Shown one piece after another: positions 12,739 to 25,989 of a stretch of DNA of 64,000 nt (its first letter is position 1; each line of letters starts with the position of its first letter). The notes below the pieces were generated by a model. The model was not told the DNA's origin and did no database searches. It saw only the letters and a list, made by a program, of their open reading frames with translations. Position numbers and translations under genes: made by a program. Origin of the DNA: Mytilus californianus (Eukaryota); the NCBI RefSeq assembly GCF_021869535.1, contig NW_026262700.1, positions 620,001 to 684,000 of the forward strand, read 5' to 3'.

Positions 12739-14839
12739 GATAATAGATAAGAAATGTCTGCTACTGAAAATTTCTTTAATACCAAATGGGTTTAGATTTG
12801 AAATTCTTTTTTTGTATATATATTTGATTTCGACAATTAATGTCTCTTCAGTGATGTTAGGAATCGAAACGTTATTTGGGAGGTCATATATTTGACCTCA
12901 ATTTAGGATAGACTCTTGAATTTTGAAGCGTCGAACTAGGATGAATGGATCATATAAACCAGAAAGGCAAATAATATAAGCCCAAACGAAAACATATACA
13001 CACGTTTAAATTAAAAACAACGTTCAAAGCTATAAATATATATATATATATTTGATCAATAAATATAATGGCTATTCTATTATGTTGATTTGATGTAATA
13101 AGAAGTTTAAAAGATTTTTGACAATGTTTTTGTTGGTAAACCTCTAATTCAATTAAGACCTTTAAATTTCATGGTAGAATGCTGATTTGTAAAATATTTT
13201 GAAGGTATTCCAAAGTGGTAAGCTGTTTTGTCTGGTTTGTTTAGTAAAAGTTTAATGTTTCATAATACTTGTGCAAAGTAGGAAGTTAAGCTCACTATAA
13301 AACCGTGTTTAACCCACAGTTTTCGGTAGAAAATGTGCCTACCAATTCATGAATATATATGGTAGTATTTGTTCATTCGTTGGGTTGGTTGATATATTCC
13401 AGCGTTCCATTATATCAAGTTTTATAACTTTTCTTCCTTACAATTCTGTATATTTATTATTTTATTTTATTCTAGTTTGTGTAGAAAATTTTACCATACA
13501 TCTAATTACATTTATAAGCCCACTGGTTCCCAGGAGTTGAAAGTACAAAAGTTGTAAAAACTCCTAATTTGAGCTACATGCAAAATATGCCCTTCTATTT
13601 CAATTTCACACAACTTTTTATTATACCAAAAAAATCAGCTAGGATTAACAGTGATCACAGGTCCTCAAACTTTCATTTAATTCCAATATTACAAAGACAA
13701 CAGTGAGAAAGACTTGTCTCCTTTAACCTCTTTTTTTAGAAGTTTTTTTTTAGAAATTAGAAAAATATTAATGTTTAATATTTTGTTTAGATGTAACTAT
13801 ATAATCAAAAGTAAACATACCCTAGTCTGTCTTATCTCCTCTGTATCATTTTGCAGGCGATTGGTATTCTTTCTGTCAAATAAATAAATGCAGAAAAAAC
13901 AAGTAACTAATAGTTTGATATTAATTGTGTACAGTTTTAAAGGTGAAGTTTTGAAAATAAAATCTGCAATAAGAGTTACGATAATCAATAACTAAATTGC
14001 TGAAAAGGACGACAAAGAACTTTTAATATACACGTTTTAAATACAATCAATTGTAAGGAGTATAAATGTTCCCCTCCAACCAATTAATACAACGATTAAT
14101 AAACAAAATCAGCAGAGTCATTATAATGACTTAATGCTGATAAATTACATATTTACTTTTGCTATTTATTTTGACCATCTTTTCAGCTTTATTTTATTAT
14201 CTAGTCGCCTTCAAAGATGTGTAGCCACATCTCCATTTCTTATGTTTTTTTTATAAATAAAAAAACTTAGTCAAATAATAATGTTTTTAAAATAAGACGG
14301 TTATCATAGTATTAAACAGGTTTGAACTGTCGAGGGATCAAAACTATGACCTCTATTTGCACGCTTTCAAGAGACGACAGAACAAGACACCATGTACAAG
14401 CTTTGTTGGAATTCATTAAAAAAAAAACTTCAATGAGGTACAAATAGGAAATAAGTAAGGCTAGTGGACAACTGTTACAAATTTTTAGTGTGTCCACTAA
14501 TTGAAATCCGGATTGAAATATATTATACTTTACCTTAAAACTCTTGCCTTTCTCCCTGAATTCTTTCATTTTAGCTGTGCCGTTTTCTAACTGATGTAGA
14601 GCAAAGCGCACCGGTCGCTCTTCTTTGTAGCCAACAAATTACTGGAACTGAACTCCTGTCAGTTGAGTTGTCTTAAACAAGGACCCAACCATTCCTTGGG
14701 TCATACTATCTTCTAGCTCGCTTACAATCTCAAAACCAGACTGTGGCAGTATAGCTACGTACAAACTCTTTTTGATTGTCCTTCCAAACGTATCTTCCTA
14801 TAAAAATATAAAGAGATTTTTTTTTTTTTGTCAATCTTA

Positions 14840-15050
14840 ATTAAAGGCAACAGTAGTATACCGCTGTTCGAAATTCATAAATCTATTGAGAAAAAAACAA
14901 ATCAGGGTTACAAACTAAATTGAAACACTAAAATGCAACACACACAGAAACAAACTATAATATAACAATGGCCATTTTCCTGACTTGGTACAGGACATTT
15001 TACGACAAATGGAGGGTTGAACATGGTTTTTTGGCTAGCCAAACCCTCCC
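14840..15050. repeat. Unclassified interspersed repeat (aagtcagga motif family)
   Basis: taaaggcaacagtagtataccgctgttc...ttcctgacttggtacagg. It shares the aagtcagga motif with other dispersed repeats here. Confidence 0.55.
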
Positions 15051-15595
15051 GCTTTTATTGATAAAAATGATAACTTACTTTTTATTATATATATTATTTA
15101 AATCATTCAGACAAGTAAAGAGAAACCTGGTAATTTCTGAAAACATCAATTTTAACAAGTATGCATAGGTATTGCATTGCATGGATCAGACTGTTATATT
15201 TATTGTTGCGTATTTAAAGAGGATTAATAGGATAAAAAAGTTTATATGGTATGAACAACAACTGCAAACCAGGCTCGTTTTCTAAAGAAAGATTCTTTTC
15301 TCTCGAAACTTAATATTTTGTATGTTTAAGAACCAAAAATGCCTGCAAATATCTCGTAACTTGAGACCTAAAACACATACTTGATTTATCATTATTAAGG
15401 ATAAAACTTTATACCTTTTCAATATCTAATTATACTGATATAACTATTAGAATGCCCACATTCATTAAACTTATCCCCTCTAATTTAAAAACATGGTATT
15501 GTGGTTTGATTGACAAAGAGACAACTATCGAACAGAGTTCAATAAAATCTTGCCAGCTTTCTCACGATACGAATCAAATTCTAAATAAGAAAAAT

Positions 15596-16360
15596 TAAAA
15601 CACTATGCCCTGTCAAAATCAAGAAACTCTTAAAACACTTGCCAGATTCCTCGCTGGATGGTCTTTTGCAGCTCATGAATAACATATGGGAATCTGGTGG
15701 TTTACCATCAATCTGGAAGCTTGCAACCGTTGTGCTTATCCCAAAACCAACTAAAGATCACACGGATCCTATTGATTATCGACCAATTGCTCTTACAAGT
15801 TATGTCTGTAAAAAACTAGAACGGATGGTCAATATCGCCTTGTTTGATTCCTGGAATCAAATGGGCTTTTAGCCAATATCCAATGTGGATTCCGACGAGG
15901 TCGCAATACTCTTGAATATCTTGTTCGATTCGAATCTTTTGTCCGTAATGGTAATCTTGAAAAGGCCTATGACACTGCATGGGAGTATGGCATTTTAAAA
16001 GATCTGTTTGATATGGGGTTGAAAGTCAATATGCTAAATTTTATTTAATGTTAGAGTAAATTCAACCATGTCTGATCAGTATGATCAAAAGATGGGTGTC
16101 CCTCAGGGGAGTATTTTATCAGTTACATTATTTAGTCTTAAAATCAACAGCCCTGTTGAAGTTTAAAAAGGTAATATTGAAGGTTCATTGTAAGTTGAAT
16201 TTTTAATGTTACCGAGGCAAAAATATGAACACCATAGCAAGACAATTACAAATTTACCTCGGAAAATAGGTTTTAAATTTTCTACTTAAAAAACGGTCGG
16301 GATGCACTTTTGTAACAAAAGGAAATTGCATTTTGACCCATTTTGTTCGAAAACCCAATT
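15596..16360 (+). pseudogene. Non-LTR retrotransposon reverse transcriptase remnant (I/Nimb/Jockey-like)
   Basis: WKLATVVLIPKPTKD...YRPIALTSYVCKKLERMVN, GFRRGR, DLEKAYDTAW and GVPQGSILS motifs. Frameshifted and internally deleted. Confidence 0.88.
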
Positions 16361-16496
16361 AAAATGTTTTTTTTTTTTTTCAAAATTGTAATAGATGTGA
16401 CCTTAAAATCGGGCACTTTTTAATTATAATTTTATTGGATGTAGCGGTGGTGTAATGAAAATGACAACGGCAGAGAAATTGCTAGATCAGGTTTGA

Positions 16497-16916
16497 TTGA
16501 TTGATTGTTGGTTGCTTAACGTCCAGTGGCAAATATTTCATGCATATTCAGGACGAGAACAAGTTCACAATAAATACAATAGGTAGGTTATGTAATAGAT
16601 TAAGGGATTAAGGTCGGAGAAATTTAGACTGCCACGGGAAATAAGGGTATATTGGATAGGGACAGAAATTTAGCCTTGCAACAGGTCACCTACGGACCCC
16701 TCAAAGAGTTGTTGCAAGGGTTCTTAACGTGCAAAGAGCGTGGCACTATCTTTACACGAGGCATCGGATTTAACGTCCCCATTCTGACCGGACGTGGCTG
16801 CAAATTTGTACATCCCGCACAGCCAAACGGACGCCCCACTTTAGCACGGGTTTTACTGCCGGTCGGAGGAAGACCAATGGTGACCATACTTCTATTCCCC
16901 AGTCACCCTTGGGGGG
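16497..16916 (-). mobile_element. SINE-like family copy, full length, young
   Basis: TSD agatcaggtttga at 16484-16496 and 16917-16929. Confidence 0.96.
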
Positions 16917-18229
16917 AGATCAGGTTTGAACTGTGTTCCTTTGAAACTTATTTATGTTCGTAAAGAAGATGGACTTATTGATCTTATGTCTAAAAATGCT
17001 TATGGTAAGACAAGAGTTTCGATTGATAAAAAAGCTAATGTGTTCTGTGGTACAAAATATGGGCAAGATGTTTGCAGATCTGTTTTGTCATGACTTGTAT
17101 TATAATATATACTTTATGTGTGAGCAGTTGTTGCTTATTATAAATGTATATGTAACTTATTATCAATTAGTGATAAGCAAACCTTCAACTTAAATTGGTT
17201 TGTAACTTGTGACTTTCCTTACAATATTGATTAAACAACAAAAAGTGTAAATGTTGATATGTTAATTATAATCTTTGTTTCGAAAATATTTAATTGTGCA
17301 TTGTTTTTTTTGTGAACTTATAAATGACTTTTTAAACTTGACTTCATTGTGTGGTTCATCAGTTATAGTTCAGTTTTCTTGATGTGGTGTGTTTTAAACC
17401 AAATTTGTTGTATGAAAGGATTGTTCAGCCTACATTTATCTCGCCTTGATCTCAAATACATTGAGCATTGGAATGCTAATTTAATGAATTACTTTTACTG
17501 CAATATTATTGTTTTTTTAATTTCAACATGTCAATAATAAACACTGGAAAAGGTATGACATTTCTGTGTGTCCACTCTTGTAAGCTTTTTTTTCTAAACT
17601 GAAAATGTATTATGATTTAATTAGAATTAGCTTTACTGACATATTTAATGAAAACAGTCTTTATATATTGATTATATAAATATGATCATATTAACTTGTA
17701 TCCTCTTTACCATCCTGACCATGAATATACTTTCTCATAGAAAAATCATTATAATTTGCAAATAAATATTGAAATGTGATTGAGTTTATTGCATATCATT
17801 ATTTAAGATTTCTAGTATTTATTGTGTGCATGGAGGAGTGTAAAAAATATTTCAAGGTAGATAATTGATCTGAGTTCAATGTGGGACAGGAATGATGGAG
17901 TATAATTTACTGAGTTCTAGTTGATGCTGGTATGAAAAAAAGAATAGGCATCCTTTGTGTTCAATAAAGCCTGATGCTGTTCGTGTGATGTCCTGTGCCA
18001 AAAATAGGACTAAATCGGAAATATGTAGCAAAACCGTAATATTGTCTATTTATTCTTCAAAAACCATTAACCCATGACTTTGCAACTATATAACACAATA
18101 TTTATTTTTTACACACATATACAATATATGTACAAACATGACATATACCCATACACATATTTATACCATGTTGCTGAAATAGGTCAAAGGGTCAAATGTT
18201 TCAAGGGTAATGGTTGGCATCTACGAGTC

Positions 18230-18585
18230 CCTAAGTCAGGAAACTGATGTTCAGTGGTTGTCGTTTGTTGATGTGGATCATAAGTGTTTCTCATTTCTTA
18301 ACTTTTGTATAGATTAGACTGTTGGTTTTCACGTTTGAAGGGTTTTTCACTAGTAATTTTTTGGGGCACTTTATAGCTTGCAGTTCGGCTCCGTGTTGAA
18401 GACATAACATTTGGGAATTTTGGGTCCTCAATGCTCTTCAACGTTGTACTTGTTTGGCTTTATAACTATTTTGATCTGACCGTCACTGATGAGTCTTATG
18501 TAGACGAAACGCGCGTTTGGCGTATTAAAATATAATCCTGGTACCTTTGATAACTATTTGACCTACAATGGTTTACTTTTATAAG
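18230..18585. repeat. Unclassified interspersed repeat, interrupted by a retrozyme (related pieces at 25065-25208 and 54510-54620)
   Basis: aagtcaggaa.ctgatgttcagtggttgtc.tttgttgatgtgg is shared with 54560. ggctcc.tg..gaagac...tgacctataatg.tttacttttata is shared with 25100. Confidence 0.75.
18411..18559 (+). ncRNA. Retrozyme fragment with a minimal type I hammerhead (GUU triplet)
   Basis: CTGATGA 18486-18492, GTC-ttatgta-GAC, GAAAC-GCGC-GTT, then tggcg pairing with cgtca (stem I). Confidence 0.85.
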
Positions 18586-18631
18586 TTGATCTTGATCTGA
18601 GTTTGAGTAAGACCTAGCAAGGTCATATTAG

Positions 18632-19337
18632 TTTAACATTTTGTGTACATAGCAGCATCACCACCTCCTACTTTACTCAAACCCCAATGATGGATTTAAA
18701 CATTTTGTGTACATAGCAGCATCACCACCTCCTACTTTACTCAAACCCCAATGATAGATTTAAACATTTTGTGTACATAGCAGCATCACCACCTCCTACT
18801 TTACTCAAACCCCAATGATAGATTTTAACATTTTGTGTACATAGCAGCATCACCACTTCCTACTTTACTCAAACCCCATTGATAGATTTAAACATTTTGT
18901 GTACATAGCAGCATCACCACCTCCTACTTTACTCAAACCCCAATGATAAATTTTAACATTTTGTGTACATAGCAGCATCACTATCTCCTACTTTACTCAA
19001 ACCCCAATGATAAATTTTAACATTTTGTGTACATAGCAGCATCACCACCTCCTACTTTACTCAAACCCCAATGATACATTTTAACATTTTGTGTACATAG
19101 CAGCATCACCACCTCCTACTTTACTCAAACCCCAATGATAGATTGTAACATTTTGTGTATATAGCAGCATCACCACCTCCTACTTTACTCAAACCCCAAT
19201 GATAAATTTTAACATTTTATGTACATAGCAGCATCGGCACCTCCTACTTTACTCAAACCCCAATGATAGATTTTAACATTTTGTGTATATAGCAGCATCA
19301 CCACCTCCTACTTTACTCAAACCCCAATAATAGATTT
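18632..19337. repeat. 64-bp minisatellite, 11 units
   Basis: Unit aacattttgtgtacatagcagcatcaccacctcctactttactcaaaccccaatgatagatttt at 18635, 18699, 18763 and onward. Confidence 0.97.
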
Positions 19338-21959
19338 GGGCAATTTTAGTGTTAACCTGCTTACCTTCATAAGAGTCATTGTATTTTATTGATGCATCTC
19401 GACAACTGTTGATACAGACCATTATTTTTTTCATCTGTAGGCTTATGATTTGTTAGCAGGGCTTCACTAGCCTGTCCAAACGATACCATGCACGTTCAAG
19501 TGCTCTTTAAGGATTACCTGCGCTAACTTACTTGATGCTTTTAGCTTTGCTTGACTATTATGATTGGGCTTCATATATTTCTTCATTTTTTAAAAGTGGT
19601 ATACATTTAAATCAAAACCATAAACACATAACAACTACATAATTGTTATTTCTTATTGTAATGTTTATGTCTTCTGACTTTCTGACTTCTACAAATGATA
19701 TGATATAGGTGCCTTAATATTTAAGCACAGGCAAATTTTCATTTTAAATAACAAGACAATTTTTGCCTCATTTTAGCAATGTAGAACACATGCGTTTTAT
19801 TTCCTTGAAAAACATTTTTTTATCATCTTTGTATGCTGAACAAGTAGTAATAAAATGATGTTCATCTTCAACAACATTAAGGATACATTTTTTACAATGC
19901 CTTTCATTTACAGGGCTGCTTTACTACTACTGGGGTGTCAAAAACCACGCTTCTCTCAAGGGGAGAAGCAAAACTATCCGACTCGGCTCCAGAGGGAACC
20001 AAGTTGTCGCTTACAGTTCTGTCAATGGCACAGAACAAGAACCTTCACCCTCTGTAGATACTCACTGCTCAGATTTTCTTCCCTCTGTTTGTACTTTTCA
20101 GAGAATATTAGGTCGGTCCTCTTTCAGTGTAAGGATTTCAGTAAGGGTTGCAACTGAGATACCTTATATCTGTTTCACTTCTGTTTATAAACTGGAATAC
20201 AAACTTGATGTCCCTTCCAATTTCTACATCCAAAATATTTTCAATTTTTGTTTTTGGTAGTGTAATCATCCTTTTATCATATTTTGTGATATAGACAATC
20301 TCTTATATGATAAAAACTTCCTTTACACTTCCCTCATAATCGTCAGTGCCACCAGATGGCACTCAAATAGTCATATTGGCATGGGAAATACATCTTTTGT
20401 CAAATATATAGATATACATCTGAAATTAACCTCTGAAAAATGCCATAAGCAGTAGAATGAATTTGTTCAATTTTGCAAAAACAATAAAATTGAGCTACTA
20501 AAGACCAAACAGCAATTGACTATTGGGAAGAATACCATAATAACTCAAATGAATTACCAAACAGTCCTAAGAATCTGGTGCCAAAATATAATACAATTCC
20601 AGTGTTTCAAAAAAATTATATTATATTCAAATATAATGACAAAATACAGTAAAATGAAAATAAATCAAGAAAAGTTCAGTCTTCTGTTACCAGTACACAT
20701 ATGTTACTAAAAATTCAAATTGGAAAAATGGCAATACCAATGGTCAAAAACAATTATTTTTGAATACATTTTCTATGTACGAGTTGATGAAGCTATCCGA
20801 AAATGACAAGGCTAACCACACATTTATAGACTGTGAGCAGTGTATGGTGTTTGATGTCTCTTTACTACATAAATCATCTGAAGGGAAAAAAAGAAACTGT
20901 TGGAGCATGCCAGAATATTGCCAATTTTATTCTCGAAAAGTCACTTCCAATGTCAAAAGCAGCTGAAAAAAAAGTTGAACATTTTATCAAAGTATTTTCC
21001 CCTATTGCATCACATAAGATAGATATGATCAAAACAGTTTCAAAGGTGGTGAAACTAACACCCCACAAACAGTAAATCACAAAAGACGAAAACAGCTAAA
21101 AACATCCTGAAAAGAAACATCAAAATTAAAAATAAATTGTCCTCCAATTGACAGGATGTGCGCCATTGTTTGGCTTCTGAAAATCATTTAAAAAACACGA
21201 CAATGACAGAATGTCAGTGTGTTTTGTTACAAAAGCTGAAGGAAAATTGAAGGTGCTGAAGGAAAAATGAAGGTGAAAAATTAATGTAACCAACAGAAAA
21301 GGGGTAGACCAGCCAATACAGGCCACATAGTGATGATCTTTGCCCAATAAAATCATACACACAAATTTAATATAAATATGAAGCTAAGTAACAGAGAATA
21401 CATACAAAGAGTAAGGAGGGCCAAAACGCGATTTTCCAAAAACATCAACAAGATCAGCCAAAATTATGCGGCAAGAAATACAAGATTTAATTAGACAATG
21501 GAGAGATTGATTAAGGGGGGAAATTGCCCCCCTCCCAGATATCATCAAATTTTATTGATTGCACTGGTAGGTTGATGTAAGATTGGTAATTTATTTAAAT
21601 TATTTACCAATTTGAAGCACTTGTATGATGAGTTAAATTCTTCTTCGCATTCTCAAAAAAGAAAATCTGTCTATCACAATATTAAAGAATATTAGAATAG
21701 CGTGACATAACTAAATAACAGGAAGTGCACAAAATTAAGTACATGCACAAAAATATTGGTAGTCCGCAATAAATTTGGCTTAAAATTCATAAAGTTTGAT
21801 ACTCTAGAAAATAATAAGTTGTTAGAATAACAGTTGATATGGATTTTGATAGCAAAGTATCCAACTGTATGATACATGTACTTAAACATTATGATGTCGG
21901 GCATACTTAATCTTAAATTATTAAATAATACGATTAAAACAGCCCTAATACTACCAAAA

Positions 21960-22435
21960 CGGCATGTATCATACTGGTGACGTCGTCCTGGTCATATAAA
22001 TCACGTGATCTATATTGCTTTTCGGCCCGGTCCAATATTTCCAATACGGACTGGCAATGAATCCTGAATTACATGTAAACATATATTGTGCATGTAAATC
22101 AGGATTTATTGCCAGTCCGTATTTGAAATATTGGCCCTATATTCACATTTGATGTATGTAATACAGCATTCAGAACAAGTCTGTATTGAAAAAGCGTTAT
22201 GAACTGGCGGTTTCTGTATTGGCACTGGCATAGATTCTCGGTCAGCTGTATAAGCCCTCGACCCTACGGGTCTCGAGGCCAATACAGCAAACCTTGAATC
22301 TATACCAGTGCCAATACAGCAAACCTTGAATCTATACCAGTGCCAATACAGAAACAGCCGAGTCGAGGGCCAATACAGCTGACCGAGAATCTATGCCAGT
22401 GCCAATACAGAAACAGCCAGTTAATAACACTATAT
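21960..22435. mobile_element. Foldback/MITE-like element with two long hairpins
   Basis: Inverted arms 22032-22076/22090-22134 (45 bp, 4 mismatches) and 22202-22262/22362-22422 (~61 bp). Short direct repeats (ccaatacag) lie in the second loop. Confidence 0.75.
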
Positions 22436-23034
22436 TATCAAAATATAGTTATGTTTTATTTGTTTGAAATATAAAAACTGTATCTTCATTGCAGTTGAAA
22501 TGGGAATGAACAAACTGCATGTACACCTATTGCCGATGTTAAAATATCATGACCTGTTCACATTGAGAAGCCTGTTTCTGAATCAGAACCTGATCCAAAT
22601 GATGATCCTGAACTCTTATGAAAAAAAACTTGAAAAAAAAACATTATTGCAGCTAAAAATAGTTCGATCTTTAATTGAAGCTTAAAATTGTAGGGAGGCT
22701 GAAAGTTACAGTGAATCTAAGTCTACAGAGTTTGTTTTTTTTTAAATAAAATTAAATGATTAGGCATTTGAAACATTTTATTATGAATGATATTAAACAA
22801 ATCAATGTTCTCAATGTCGGAATTAACTTTTTTTTTTAAACTAAATAATTCAAGTGAAAATTCAAACTTACCTGTAGGTTCTTTCAGTATAACCATATTC
22901 ACTAGCAGGAAATTGCACACAAATGTATATTGATCATGTAAGTTGCCAACATAACATCAATTTATGTCTGGATCATTGCGAACATTGAAGTGATCAAATT
23001 TACAGAAAAATAATACAACCATGCTACTACTTTT

Positions 23035-23414
23035 AATAAAAAAGGGACGAAAGGTACCAGAGGGACAGTCAAACTCATAAATCGAAAATAAACTGACAAC
23101 GCCATGGCTAAACATGAAAAGACAAACAATAATACACATAACACAACATAGAAAACTAAAGAATAAGAAACACGAACCCCACCAAAAACTAGGGGGTATC
23201 TCATGTGCTCCAGAAGGGTAAGCAGATCCTGCTCCACATGTGGCACCCGTCGTGTTGCTCATGCTTTAACAAATCCGGTAAATAGTCTTATTCGGTAGGT
23301 TACATTCATGAAAGGGAAGGGGATTGTAGTTACGACGTAAAGAACATATCCGATATCATATGTGAAACGGTTATTTCATAACGGTCAACCAATTCGTGAT
23401 GGCGTCCGTAAAAT
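23035..23414 (-). mobile_element. High-copy repeat derived from the 3' end of a probable Penelope-like RT element
   Basis: Homologous to 32048-32730 and 44093-44500. The 44.4-kb copy encodes KSSLRKFYRRHHELVDRF, resembling a PLE RT C-terminus. Confidence 0.6.
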
Positions 23415-24419
23415 TAATAAATCATTTACATTATCTTCATAAAAAAATGATGTTTTCAGTGGTCTGAATAAGGTTGAAGGAGAATCCCAAAATGCAGATT
23501 TTACACAATTTCTAAAAATAATTACTTGATGGCTACTCTAGAAATTCAGCCTGCTTCTTCAAAACTTACCAACACCACTGTTAAGCCAGGCGTGTTATAA
23601 AAGCAAAACTATGAAGAAAAGGAGAGCGAATCACGCAAGTCTGTATAAATCAGCTTGTATTTATAAACCTCAGTGAAAACATGATAAATGGTTCAGCTTG
23701 ATTAACAATCTTTTTCTTTATTATATTAATGAAACATTTTTATTGGCATGACATAAACAGAACGCGATATAACCTTTTTGTGCAAATGCGGCGTAAAGCA
23801 AACAACAATAAATCAATCAATCAAGAAGATGTTAGCTTTACCTACCTGCATGCAAAAACATCATCCCAGCGTACAGACACCTTACGGTAGCATCTACTCA
23901 TGGACAGATCGAGGTTACAGTGTTCCGATTGGAGTATGGCCAAACAGTCAGTGTACTAGCTGTCCATCCGTACCAATAATGATGTTGACGGTATTATTTT
24001 TAAATATTATTGACAAAAACGCAGACGTTGTATGATTGCCAATTATTCACCAAATTAAACGAAGAGCATGGAAGTAAGCAGTTACTGAACTTCGTACAGT
24101 CTGACAATAATAAGTACAACAATAAAATAAATGATACAAAAATGAAATAAAAATGTAATTAAATACTGTCATCTGCTATATTGATTATTTTCTGGAATGT
24201 GTAATGTTTTACATGTTGGCATCGCAGGTTACTTAGTTAATGTCAGGGATTAAAGGCCTGACTTGGGTTTTCGATATCAGCTAGCACCACTATACTTATT
24301 CTTAGAAAACCCCTCATGAACATGTCAGCATTTGTTTTCCAATTTTTCAGATACAGACGACACAATTTCTCCTATATGCAATAACAGGTGATATTAATCT
24401 AATGTTCCATCATTTTTAC

Positions 24420-24750
24420 AAGATAGACATAGACAGTTTGTGAGTGACACACTGTCTAGATAGAATGCCACTCGGTGAATTAGAAATTCCACCTTGCAGG
24501 ATACTAGGTACAGAAGATGGCTTTAATGTTAGAAGCCCTGAATCTGACAATCGGGACACTCTGTTGATCAATACTGGTGGACCATATTGTTCCTGTTTTA
24601 ACTAGAAATGGAATTAGTGGCCTTGCAAACATCTGCTGGCCTTATTCACTCAATACCCTGCTTATGGATGGGATTTCTTACCATCAGAGTACACAAATTA
24701 CCATTATTTTATCTGGATAGTGATATAACGGAAAAAGCAGTCTCCTCAGC
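24420..24750 (+). pseudogene. SWIM zinc-finger (MULE/Zisupton-type transposase) remnant
   Basis: One frame reads GPYCSCFN*KWN*WPCKHLLALFTQYPAYGWDFLPSEY, a CxCx8CxH SWIM motif with in-frame TAG stops. Confidence 0.75.
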
Positions 24751-25657
24751 CTTTATTTAATCTGGATAGTGAAATAACGGAAAAAACAGTCTCCTTAGCC
24801 AATAAGTTAACATAATTCAAGAATGTATTACCTCAGAAACAGAAGACCATTTTGAATTTCAGAATTGGTACAGAAAGAATGTCAAACAGAATTGACAGAA
24901 ATGACAAAGGAAAAAATGCATAAGAGAAATGACAAAGTGTATAGTGTTTCTTAACCATTAACTCTGCAAAACGTTCACAATATGCTGATGAATGTAAATT
25001 AATTTCTTCAATAACAAATTCCCAAGCTTTCTGGACTTAAGGACAAAATTCCTGGACAAAAACGCTATAGTTTATAGCTCGCTGTTCAGTGTGAGCCAAG
25101 GCTCCCTGTCGAAGACCGTACCTTGCCCTATAATGATTTACTTTTATAAATTGTGACTTGGATGAAGAGTTGTCGCATTGGCACTCATACCGCATCTTCC
25201 TATATCTATAGATTACTCACTTGATTTTCTTGAACAACCACGTGCTGAGACACTTAAGTCGAGCGCAACAAGGTGTCCATTCATTAGTCCATATTTACAT
25301 TTGTTTAAACCAATATCTAAATTCATAAACTTGTTTTTTTTTTTTTTTAAATTATTGCTAGCACTGCGTGCAATAATTTTTTATCTATCAAGCAACGAAT
25401 TGCAAACTATGAGAGTATAAGGGGAAATGCTGTGGGTTTTCTATAAAATTTACATTTGTTTACCATTGAATCACCACAAGGGTATATCATCCTTAAGGAT
25501 TATGTACCCTTGTGTTGCTTCAATGCTAAACATATGGAAATTTTATAGAAAATCCACAGCCTTTTTCCTTGTACTCACATATTTTAGTTTGTCCGTTTGT
25601 TCGTTTGTTCTTTCGTTCGTCCTGCATCGGGTTAAAGGCTTGTGACAAATATCTAAG

Positions 25658-25899
25658 TACCGGTAAATGTATCGTATAATAAATAAATACGATGCCATGC
25701 ATGTAAATCAATCATTTAAAAATAGCAAGACACTTCTCATTTTTAAAACTTTTAAACTGCAATCATTTCAGTATCCACCAAAATATTTAATTAGGATTTA
25801 AACAATCCGCCAAAATAAAAATTGCCACAATTTTTTGTATACTATGTTGAACATAAATCGCGAAATTTAAAACCCGCGAAAATTACCTGCTTTACGGTA
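25658..25899. mobile_element. Possible MITE with TACC(G)GTAAA / TTTACGGTA termini
   Basis: Imperfect terminal inverted repeats and a cgcgaaa-rich 3' subterminus. Confidence 0.45.
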
Positions 25900-25989
25900 C
25901 CAGTAAATCTATCATGATTACAACGATTTCATCTAAAACGCTTAATTTCTTATGCAGCTTATTATACTTTTAGTTCCTTGTCTTGTAGG

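Larger units (their letters stand above)
11140..19530 (-). pseudogene. Decayed multi-exon gene with a Tudor-like C-terminal region
   Basis: GT-AG-bounded exons at 14534-14797, 13821-13872, 12172-12243 and 11640-11727 (DELAVGTKVLGRCSGGIFYSAVI). A further acceptor at 11238 (GY*VKY) and a donor at 19364. Most junctions are phase-compatible; several stops are present. Confidence 0.6.

Noticed and set aside
18632-19337. CRISPR array (also considered for 3028-3424)
   Set aside because: These are head-to-tail repeats with no unique spacers and no cas genes, in a eukaryotic context.
20400-21120. Overlapping short ORFs as a gene
   Set aside because: No recognisable motif, multiple stops and no consistent splice structure.
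22957-23262. MSNTTGATCGAGSAYPSGA... ORFs (also at 32.5 and 44.0 kb)
   Set aside because: They are translations of a high-copy repeat's 3' region rather than genes.
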